In this document: positions 8,577 through 15,816 of the stretch, piece after piece
Position numbering within the stretch: position 1 is the first letter of the stretch
How the letters are laid out: the number at the start of each line of letters is the position of its first letter
DNA from: Bacteriovorax stolpii
Lineage (GTDB): Bacteria > Bdellovibrionota > UBA2428
Length of the DNA stretch: 64,000 nucleotides
Direction of reading: 5' to 3'
NCBI GenBank assembly: GCA_945881775.1
Contig: CAMCVE010000004.1
Span: 46,690 to 110,689, forward strand
Program-made: the position numbers and the translations under genes
The notes under the pieces: model-generated
Databases searched by the model: none
The model's input: the letters and a program-made list of their open reading frames with translations, nothing else
Told to the model about the DNA's origin: nothing

Positions 8577-9506
8577 TCACTTTTGGTTGAGGGCCCAGTT
8601 CCAGCCCCATTTCACCGAAGGATCGGCGGGATCGAAGGCGGCCTTGGACCAGTCAGAAGCTTCTTCGCTCCAACGCTTAAAGTCGGTTTCTTCCATGACT
8701 TTCAGGAAACCCTTCATCTTGTAGTGGGCCGTTCCGCAAAGGTGCGCACAGGCGATCTCATAGTCGCCCACAGTGTTCGCATCGAACCAGAATTTCGTGA
8801 TGCTGCCGGGGATCGCATCCATCTGAGCGCGGACGTTGCTGATGAAGAATCCATGGATCACGTCGCGCGACATGATTTGAACCATGACAGGTTTACCCTT
8901 GGGCACCCGCATGTCGTTGATCGTGGTGATGTCGTCCTCGGTGCCAAAGGTGTCATCTTTTCCGGGATAACGAAAGTTCCAGACCCATTGCTGCGGCATC
9001 ACCTGGACTCGGACGACCTCTGGTCCAGCGGGGTAGTTCCAGATGAAATCGCGAGTGTGAATGTAGCTCGAGCCGATAAGGACCAAGTCGAGAGACACGA
9101 AGACCGCGAGGTCGAGCAATTTTGGGGCCCATTTCTCCGATGCTTTGGCCTTTCCATGGGTGTAGTAAGCCTTGTGGCCGGGGCGGGCACGGTAGCGAAT
9201 TGAGAAGTACACAAGTGCCACCGTCATAATGAGGAAGAAGATCGCTGCGACCCACGAGGTGTACTCAAAGAGCCAGTCGAGGCGATGCCCGTACGAGCTG
9301 ATGCTCTTGGGTGGGGCCCAGCTCTCCAAAGCAGAACGAGTTTCGACAATTCCATGGGCGTGGACTTGGTCGTTGTTATTGTTCTGTTTGTGGAAAGTCT
9401 CTTCGGTCTGAGCCAACGCTGAAGGGCTCATAACAGAGACAGACGTGCCCAGGCCAACGGCCAGAACGAGTCTAAAAATGGCTTTGATGAGAGAGTGTCT
9501 GATCAT
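8577..9506 (-). CDS. Cytochrome c oxidase subunit II (CuA cupredoxin domain, no fused cytochrome c)
   Basis: CuA ligands are in DVIHGFFISNV and CAHLCGTAHYKM. A signal/TM N-terminus comes from ATG 9506 (MIRHSLIKAIFRLVLAV). The ORF-track start at 9533 (TTG) would overlap ctaB. Confidence 0.9.
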   Translation of the reverse strand: MIRHSLIKAIFRLVLAVGLGTSVSVMSPSALAQTEETFHKQNNNNDQVHAHGIVETRSALESWAPPKSISSYGHRLDWLFEYTSWVAAIFFLIMTVALVYFSIRYRARPGHKAYYTHGKAKASEKWAPKLLDLAVFVSLDLVLIGSSYIHTRDFIWNYPAGPEVVRVQVMPQQWVWNFRYPGKDDTFGTEDDITTINDMRVPKGKPVMVQIMSRDVIHGFFISNVRAQMDAIPGSITKFWFDANTVGDYEIACAHLCGTAHYKMKGFLKVMEETDFKRWSEEASDWSKAAFDPADPSVKWGWNWALNQK

Positions 9507-9510
9507 GTTG

Positions 9511-10401
9511 TTATTGCCCCACATAAATCCCAATCCAATGCTGTAGTCTTTGATCGAGAACCCACATTCCTAGAACAATCGGCAGGTAAGCCAATGACCC
9601 AAAGAACGCGGTTCGAACCCATGGTGAATGCTGGCCGTCCCGAAGTCCAAGAAGGCAAGGAACAAGAAAAGCCAGGCTGAGAATTGTCGCCGCGCCAAAA
9701 TAGAGTGGGCTGGCAAGATTAAAGAATGCAGGAAGAACACTGACGATGCCGAGCACTCCCGTCCAGAAGATCATCTGAAGTATGGCATTGTGCGCGCCCA
9801 AAGTCCCAGAAACTGTTTTGAGTCCGGCGTTGTCGTACTCTTCTTGGCGGAAGAGAGAAATGGCAATGAAGTGAGGCAACTGCCAGAAGAAAAGAATTCC
9901 AAAGAGGATCCAGGCACCCAAATCCAGATCGTTGCGCACGGCAGCCCATCCCATCAGCGGCGGGATAGCGCCGGGAATGGCTCCCGTGAAAAGCGCGCCC
10001 ATGCTTCGACGTTTCATGGGCGTGTAGATGGCGACATAAGAAAGAAATCCAAGGAATCCGAGCAACATCGTTTTGAGGTTCAACTCTGCAAGGAGCACGA
10101 GCGAAGAGGTGGCGAGGACAAGAGAGAAAGCCAGCGCTCGAGCAGGGTGAAGTTGTCCTGTGACGAGGGGACGCTCGCGTGTTCGCTCCATGAGAGCATC
10201 GACGTCGCGCTCCAAATAACAATTGAGGGCATTGGCTGCGCCCACGATACCGAGTGTTCCCAAAAGAAGAAGCGCCCAACTCACGAGTGTAAACGAAGCC
10301 TCTTTAGGTGCCACGGCCGCGCCGCAAGCAGCCGTCAGCAAGACGAGCGAGCTCAAGCGAAGCTTCATGAGCGAGAGGTAGGGCGCTAAGGTTTGTTTCA
10401 T
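9511..10401 (-). CDS. ctaB: Protohaem IX farnesyltransferase (haem O synthase)
   Basis: 296-aa polytopic UbiA-family ORF. Carries the Asp-rich prenyltransferase motif NCYLERDVDALMERTRERPL. Located in an oxidase biogenesis context. Confidence 0.9.
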   Translation of the reverse strand: MKQTLAPYLSLMKLRLSSLVLLTAACGAAVAPKEASFTLVSWALLLLGTLGIVGAANALNCYLERDVDALMERTRERPLVTGQLHPARALAFSLVLATSSLVLLAELNLKTMLLGFLGFLSYVAIYTPMKRRSMGALFTGAIPGAIPPLMGWAAVRNDLDLGAWILFGILFFWQLPHFIAISLFRQEEYDNAGLKTVSGTLGAHNAILQMIFWTGVLGIVSVLPAFFNLASPLYFGAATILSLAFLVPCLLGLRDGQHSPWVRTAFFGSLAYLPIVLGMWVLDQRLQHWIGIYVGQ

Positions 10402-10612
10402 TTCGGCGTCTTGTTTTCTTTCACGTCAATGTTTCGAGCAAAGCTCGATCGATTCTGACTTGGAGGCAAAACGTAGTCCTCCGACCCAGGATTGGCAAGC
10501 GACTCGAAACACCCCCACTCTAAGGCGAAATCCGTAGAATTCCTAGGTTCCTTCATCCTTCGACAAAGGGCTTGTTAGGGGTGGTGTCGCATTGCGTAAG
10601 GACGGAGAATTT

Positions 10613-11545
10613 TTAGCGAGACGTTCGGCGGACGAGAATGTTCAGGCTCACAAGTGCAGCCCAAAGCAGCGCCGCAAAAAGCAGATGTGCGGTCACTCCG
10701 TGGGTTCCGATGTAAGTGTAAACCGTGAGGATTCCGAAGCCGACTTGGGCGAGGACGATGAGGTGGGACCAGGAAGCGATCTTGCGGACAACTTTGACGC
10801 CATTGAGGCGTCCCCATTTCATCAAGGGAACTGTTCCAGCCACGATCACAAAAACCATCAGGATGCCGAAATAGCGGTGTAAAAGGTGAAACTGTGATTG
10901 AAGCTGGCTGGGCCACCAGGTCACGCCTCCGGTTTCTGCTTCCATGCAAAGGACCGAGTACTGGGGCCCCAGTCCGCACGCCGCTCCTGCTCCGGTATGA
11001 CGGACTGCCGCACCGAAAATAATTTGAAGGTAGAGAAGCACAGTTGCTAGCCCAAGAATTTTGAAAGTCTTGGGTGATGGCCGCGGCGCACGGTCAAGCG
11101 AGGGGTAGCCCCCCGGGCGGCTTTCGAGGAAGAGGTAGACTGTTAGAGCAAAAAAGAGCTGGCTCAGGCCGAGGTGGAACGTCGAGACCAGCGGCGAAAT
11201 CCGCAGCAGCACGGTGAGACCACCAAGAACTCCCTGAAGGATCACCGTCAAAAGACCGATAATGCTGGCTTTATAGAGGCGAGGAAATTGGCTGCGGAGT
11301 GGTCGTCCAAGCACAACGAGAACGATGCTGAGCAGCCCAACGAGGGCCGCTAGGAGGCGATGCGAATGCTCGATACCAACCGCTCCTTCCATCTTTGGGA
11401 GCACCTGACCAAAGCAAAGAGGCCAGTCGGGGCACGCAAGTGAAGAGCCCGTGTTGTGAACAAAACCACCAAGAGTGATGAGGCAAAGAGTCAGAAGCGA
11501 ATTGAATCCTGCGACGGCATGAAAGGTTTTTGTGCTAAGTGTCAT
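10613..11545 (-). CDS. ctaA: Haem A synthase (COX15/CtaA family)
   Basis: 310-aa ORF with about 8 TM helices. Has the paired-Cys motif SLACPDWPLCFG and conserved His residues (IEHSHRLLA, FHLLHRYF). Adjacent to ctaB. Confidence 0.85.
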   Translation of the reverse strand: MTLSTKTFHAVAGFNSLLTLCLITLGGFVHNTGSSLACPDWPLCFGQVLPKMEGAVGIEHSHRLLAALVGLLSIVLVVLGRPLRSQFPRLYKASIIGLLTVILQGVLGGLTVLLRISPLVSTFHLGLSQLFFALTVYLFLESRPGGYPSLDRAPRPSPKTFKILGLATVLLYLQIIFGAAVRHTGAGAACGLGPQYSVLCMEAETGGVTWWPSQLQSQFHLLHRYFGILMVFVIVAGTVPLMKWGRLNGVKVVRKIASWSHLIVLAQVGFGILTVYTYIGTHGVTAHLLFAALLWAALVSLNILVRRTSR

Positions 11546-11548
11546 GAA

Positions 11549-12037
11549 TCAAGTTCCTTTGGGAAGAAGGTCTGGGATGGAGAGGCTGGGTTGCTGGAGT
11601 GAAGGATCGATCCATATATAGAGCATGAAATAGACAAGCACGCCGGTGATGGAAACGTAGACCCAAACGGGCCAGACCCAACGAGCGAGGCGGGCGTGCT
11701 CTGCGTAGCGCCCTTTGAAAGCCAGAAAAACCGTGCGAAGGATGAAGGGCAGGTTGGCCGTCGCGAGGATGATGTGTGTGATCAGGATGAAGAAATAGAC
11801 GGGTCGTATCCAGCCTGAGCCTTGGTAACGAACCGAGGCGTAGTGGAAATGATAGTAAAGGTAGGATGCCAAAAAAGCCGCTGAAACTCCAAAGGCTGCA
11901 AGCATCACCTTTTTGTGGAGATCTCTACGGTCCTGTTTGATCGCCCACCAGCCCCAAATAAGCAGCAGCCCGGCTGAGCCGTTGAGGATCGAGTTGACGG
12001 TCGGAAAGAAGAAGTTCGTCGGGGCAAGACTGTCCAT
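11549..12037 (-). CDS. DUF420 (CtaM-like) membrane protein
   Basis: 162-aa, 4-TM ORF (WAIKQDRRDLHKKVMLAAF...HARLARWVWPVWVYVSITGVLVY) typical of DUF420. This family is linked to aa3 oxidase function in Firmicutes. Lies 3 nt upstream of ctaA. Confidence 0.7.
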   Translation of the reverse strand: MDSLAPTNFFFPTVNSILNGSAGLLLIWGWWAIKQDRRDLHKKVMLAAFGVSAAFLASYLYYHFHYASVRYQGSGWIRPVYFFILITHIILATANLPFILRTVFLAFKGRYAEHARLARWVWPVWVYVSITGVLVYFMLYIWIDPSLQQPSLSIPDLLPKGT

Positions 12038-12128
12038 TCAACCTTCGGAGTTAGTCCAGCCTCAAGGTGGCTTCAAGAAAGTTCCAGAACTCTTGAAGAT
12101 TCCGCGTCCGGGTTCTAACTTGTCGGGG

Positions 12129-12767
12129 ATGGGTACTTCTACAACTGACTCGCACCAAGACTACGCGGGACCCGAACGTCCTCGCAAAGAAGATATTTTC
12201 GGTCGTGCCTCGCACGGCAAAATTGGCATGTGGCTCTATTTAGCCACAGATGCCATGACCTTCGCGGGCTTTTTGCTCGGCTACGCGATGTTGCGTGCTC
12301 GTATTGAGACTTGGCCGCGCCCTTCGGACATCTTGGGCATTTCTCTTGCGACGATTATGACATCGATCCTGATTGTCTCATCGGTGACGCTCGTCGTCGC
12401 CCAGGCCAAGGGCGAAGAAAAAGACCGCAAAGGCATGATCAAGTATCTCGCCTTCACGATTTTGGGCGGGTTGCTCTTCCTGGGTCTCCAAGCCTACGAA
12501 TACTCCCACCTCATGCACGCATTCGGGATGAGCCTCGCAAACTTCACGGGGGGGCCTCCCCAGTTTGCCTCGACTTTCTTTGTGGTGACGGGGTTCCATG
12601 GTCTTCATGTGCTCGTGGGTGCAATTTATCTCATGATCATTCTCGGACGAGCCCTTGCTGGTAAATACGACAGCGGCAACGTGAACGAGATCGAAATCGC
12701 CGGGCTCTTCTGGCATTTCGTCGATTTGGTGTGGATCTTGGTCTTCACATTTATGTACCTGATCTAG
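12129..12767 (+). CDS. ctaE: Cytochrome c oxidase subunit III
   Basis: Motifs HGKIGMWLYLATDAMTFAGF, GFHGLHVLVGAIYL, FWHFVDLVWILVF. ATG 12129 is chosen because the ORF-track start at 11913 would overlap the divergent DUF420 gene. Confidence 0.85.
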   Translation: MGTSTTDSHQDYAGPERPRKEDIFGRASHGKIGMWLYLATDAMTFAGFLLGYAMLRARIETWPRPSDILGISLATIMTSILIVSSVTLVVAQAKGEEKDRKGMIKYLAFTILGGLLFLGLQAYEYSHLMHAFGMSLANFTGGPPQFASTFFVVTGFHGLHVLVGAIYLMIILGRALAGKYDSGNVNEIEIAGLFWHFVDLVWILVFTFMYLI

Positions 12768-12783
12768 GGAGAGGATGATCAAG

Positions 12784-13221
12784 ATGTCGCAAACAATGAG
12801 CTACCAAGAAAAAATTAAGATCTACATCCGCGTCGCAGTGATTCTTGCCATCGTCACGGTGGTTGAAGTAGGTCTCACGTTTATTCCTCACAACGAGCAA
12901 CCCATGAAGACGATCGTGACCTTGTTGATCGTGGGTCTCTCGTGTTCGAAGGCGTTTTTCGTTGCCTACTACTACATGCACCTCAACCACGAGCACAAAT
13001 GGACCAAGATCGTGGCAGCCTCGCCTGTTGTCATCCTGATTTATGCCGCTGGGCTGATCTCAGATACTCCAAACCGTCCTGTGGATGTGTATGTCGGTGC
13101 GCCCGCGCGTGGGGTGCTCTATCCCGACACGAAATCGGCCGCTGAAGCTCATTCTAAGAAAGCTGTGGAAGTTCCTTCAGCCGAGGCTCTAGATGACGAA
13201 GCTGCGGATGGTTGGGAGTGA
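12784..13221 (+). CDS. Cytochrome c oxidase subunit IV (bacterial COX4_pro/CtaF-like)
   Basis: Small 3-TM protein with the YYYMHLNHEHKW motif. GGGAGAGG lies at 12767-12774, which is 9 nt before ATG 12784. The alternative start at 12775 directly abuts that run. Confidence 0.7.
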   Translation: MSQTMSYQEKIKIYIRVAVILAIVTVVEVGLTFIPHNEQPMKTIVTLLIVGLSCSKAFFVAYYYMHLNHEHKWTKIVAASPVVILIYAAGLISDTPNRPVDVYVGAPARGVLYPDTKSAAEAHSKKAVEVPSAEALDDEAADGWE

Positions 13222-13438
13222 GCTTTTGTTGCGACTGATTCATGCGTTTGCAGGCCTTGTCGCCTTGAGTGTCCCTCAAATCGCCCAAGCCTGTCCCACT
13301 TGTGGACAGGCCTTTGCTTTTACACCCAAGCTCTTGGTGATCAGCACAGCCTTTTTTTTGCTTCCGATCACGATCGTCGGATTTATCGCGTGGAAGGTGT
13401 GGAAGGGCGACCAGAATCCCTCTAAAGAGAAGCCATGA
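13208..13438 (+). CDS. Small membrane protein with a CPTCG motif (hypothetical)
   Basis: About 76-aa ORF overlapping the coxIV end. Signal-like segment LIHAFAGLVALSVPQIAQAC, then CPTCG, then one TM helix (ISTAFFLLPITIVGFIAW). The start codon is uncertain (13193, 13208 or 13229). Confidence 0.4.
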   Translation: MVGSELLLRLIHAFAGLVALSVPQIAQACPTCGQAFAFTPKLLVISTAFFLLPITIVGFIAWKVWKGDQNPSKEKP

Positions 13439-14364
13439 CCCTCGCCTTTGAAGTCCGCGATCTGCATTTTTCCTACAAGCACGACACCGAAGTCCTCAAA
13501 GGGCTCAGTTTTGGGGCGAATTTTGGTCGCATTACGGGCCTGCTTGGGCCCAATGGCAGTGGAAAATCCACAAGCTTCAAGATTCTCTCGACTCAGATCA
13601 CCCCCTCACGCGGCGAGGCTTTCGTCTGTGGAGTGAACGTTGTGAAAGAGGCCTCGATGGCGCGTCGGCGCTTGGGGGTGACTTTTCAGTCTCCGAGTCT
13701 CGATCCGATGCTCACGATTGGCGAAAATCTCGAAATCTACGCAGCGCTGATGGGTCTCTCGAAGAGGGAGGCCAGGTCCCGCATCGAGCGTCGCCTGAAG
13801 GATCTCTCGGTTTGGGATCGGCGCGATTCACGCGTGAAAGAACTCTCCGGGGGATTGGCTCGACGCGCGGAACTTGCCAAGACACTCGTGGCTGATCCGG
13901 ATGTCCTACTTTTGGACGAACCCACGACGGGGCTGGATCCGTCTTCACGCCGTGAGTTTTGGCGCGTTCTGGGAGATCTGGTTTCACCGAAAACTGCGAT
14001 CCTTGTGACGACGCATCTGATGGAGGAAGCAGAACTTTGCCAGGATCTTATTTTTATTGCGGACGGAGCGGTGGCGGCTCACGGAAGTCCCGAATCACTC
14101 AAACAGGATTTTGGAGCTGAAGTTTTGCTCCTTGAATGCGCTGATCCCGCAAACCTTCATTCGGAACTGGCGCGTGTTTTAGGTCCTTCGGCGAAGATCT
14201 CTCTTCAGGGGAACGTATTGCGCGTGGAAGGCTCAGGTCTTGCTGGAAACTTCGAATCTGTCCGAGCTCGCTTTGCAGCACAATTGACGGGATTTCAGTG
14301 GAGTCGAGGCACGCTGGCGGACATCTACTTCCGCAAGACCGGCAAGGAATTGGTGGCTTCATGA
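13435..14364 (+). CDS. ABC transporter ATP-binding protein (ABC-2/NatA-type)
   Basis: Walker A GLLGPNGSGKST, signature LSGGLARR, Walker B LLLDEPTTGLD. ATGA overlap with the upstream small ORF. Confidence 0.9.
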   Translation: MTLAFEVRDLHFSYKHDTEVLKGLSFGANFGRITGLLGPNGSGKSTSFKILSTQITPSRGEAFVCGVNVVKEASMARRRLGVTFQSPSLDPMLTIGENLEIYAALMGLSKREARSRIERRLKDLSVWDRRDSRVKELSGGLARRAELAKTLVADPDVLLLDEPTTGLDPSSRREFWRVLGDLVSPKTAILVTTHLMEEAELCQDLIFIADGAVAAHGSPESLKQDFGAEVLLLECADPANLHSELARVLGPSAKISLQGNVLRVEGSGLAGNFESVRARFAAQLTGFQWSRGTLADIYFRKTGKELVAS

Positions 14365-15140
14365 GTGCTCTCTTGGCTCTGTACAAACGTGAAATCCTCC
14401 GTTTTCTCAGACAGCGCAGTCGTTTGATCGGCGCGCTTCTCACTCCTCTTTTGTTTTGGTTTATGATCGGCGGGGGACTTGGTGATAGCTTCCGCAGCCC
14501 GGGCGTTGGCGGCGGGACTGAGGACTACTTCCAGTTTTTCTTCCCTGGAGCACTCGCGCTCAGTGTGCTGTTTACGGCGATCTTTTCGACGATCTCGGTC
14601 ATCGACGATCGGCATCAAGGTTTCTTGCAGGGAGTGCTCGTCGCGCCAGTTTCGCGTTGGGTGATTGTGGCCTCAAAGATTCTCAGTGGCGCCAGTCTCG
14701 GCGTCTTGCAGGGTATTTTGCTGCTTTTGGTGGCGAGGGTTTCTGGCTTTCATTGGGGACTGGCGGCGTTCTTGGAGTCCTTGGTGCTCCTGTTCTTTAT
14801 GGGTGCTGCGCTCACGGCGCTAGGATTTGTCTTCGCATGGAAACTTGATTCTGTGCAGGGTTATCACAGCATTATGAACATGGTGCTCATGCCAATGTGG
14901 ATCCTCTCTGGCGCCGTCTTTCCTACGGAAGGTGCGATGAGCATTTTCCGCTGGGTTTCGCTCCTAAATCCCCTGAGCTACGCCATGCGTGGTCTGAGAG
15001 ATGTCTTGTCGAAGGGCGGCTTGGCTGAGTTGTCGGCCACGCATTTTTCGCAAGGTCTCTCGGTGATGCTTCTCATGATTGTGGCCTGTGCCAGTGTTTC
15101 GGTAGCGCTCATGGGTTCTCGCAAGCATGCGGACCTTTGA
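14361..15140 (+). CDS. ABC-2 type transporter permease
   Basis: 259-aa ORF with about 6 TM helices starting MSALLALYKREILRFLRQ, a typical ABC-2 permease N-terminus. ATGA overlap with the ATPase stop. Confidence 0.8.
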   Translation: MSALLALYKREILRFLRQRSRLIGALLTPLLFWFMIGGGLGDSFRSPGVGGGTEDYFQFFFPGALALSVLFTAIFSTISVIDDRHQGFLQGVLVAPVSRWVIVASKILSGASLGVLQGILLLLVARVSGFHWGLAAFLESLVLLFFMGAALTALGFVFAWKLDSVQGYHSIMNMVLMPMWILSGAVFPTEGAMSIFRWVSLLNPLSYAMRGLRDVLSKGGLAELSATHFSQGLSVMLLMIVACASVSVALMGSRKHADL

Positions 15141-15729
15141 TTCAAAGCACATACCCGTGCCTCGAGGCTATGAGGGATTTCGCTTTCCCTCTGGGTTTTC
15201 GTCGTTCGCCTTAGAAATTGGTGCGGGCGTTGGGTGGCACGCGGAAACTTATGCGCGCTCTAACCCGAAGCACTATCTACTCGCCGTTGAGCACTCTCAC
15301 GAACGCTTTGCAAAGCTCTCTCGCCGCGTGGCTCGAGCGAAGCTCGACAATATCGTTGCGATTCAGGCCGATGCCGAATCCTTTGTCGTGCACTCGGTGC
15401 CCGTACTGAGTCTGGAGCGCATCTTGATTCTCTATCCGAATCCGTACCCTAAAGCGGCACAATCCAACAAACGCTGGCACCGCATGCCGTTTATGCAAGC
15501 CCTTCTTGCGACGCTCAAGCGGGGTGGGGTTTTACAGATGGCGACGAACGAAGATTTCTATGCCGCCGAATTCTTTACTGAGATGCAGGAGATTTGGGGT
15601 CTTTCGCTCGTTTCGAACGAGCGAGTTTCTAGGGCCGCGGATCCCCTCTTTTCACCTCGGACGCATTTCGAAAAGAAATATTATGAGCGCGACGAACTTC
15701 TGCATTTGATGGAATTCCGTAAGGTCTGA
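15127..15729 (+). CDS. trmB: tRNA (guanine-N7)-methyltransferase
   Basis: 200-aa ORF. SAM-binding LEIGAGVGWH, plus the TrmB-like ILYPNPYPK and THFEKKY motifs. Confidence 0.8.
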   Translation: MRTFDSKHIPVPRGYEGFRFPSGFSSFALEIGAGVGWHAETYARSNPKHYLLAVEHSHERFAKLSRRVARAKLDNIVAIQADAESFVVHSVPVLSLERILILYPNPYPKAAQSNKRWHRMPFMQALLATLKRGGVLQMATNEDFYAAEFFTEMQEIWGLSLVSNERVSRAADPLFSPRTHFEKKYYERDELLHLMEFRKV

Positions 15730-15816
15730 AGAGTCCATGCGGAGGCCCGCTAGCTTGTTTTCGGGGCAGTTGAGGATCGCCTAGACGAGAATCGGGCTGC
15801 GGAGTAGATCAAATCC

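Noticed and set aside
9628-10389. 253-aa plus-strand ORF opposite ctaB (and the similar 186-aa minus-strand alternate-frame ORF 9719-10279)
   Set aside because: The ctaB frame carries the UbiA prenyltransferase motifs. The alternative frames are Arg/Ser/Glu-rich with no features, so they are shadow ORFs.
10402-10612. 211-bp non-coding spacer between ctaA and ctaB, examined for a tRNA, riboswitch or small ORF
   Set aside because: Only short hairpins (tcgagcaaagctcga, ggagg...cctcc) are present, with no cloverleaf or known riboswitch core recognisable by eye. It is mentioned under the oxidase finding only.
11913-12128. N-terminal extension of the coxIII ORF
   Set aside because: It would overlap the divergently transcribed DUF420 gene by 125 nt. 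ATG 12129 leaves a sensible divergent promoter spacer, and the subunit III homology begins after it.
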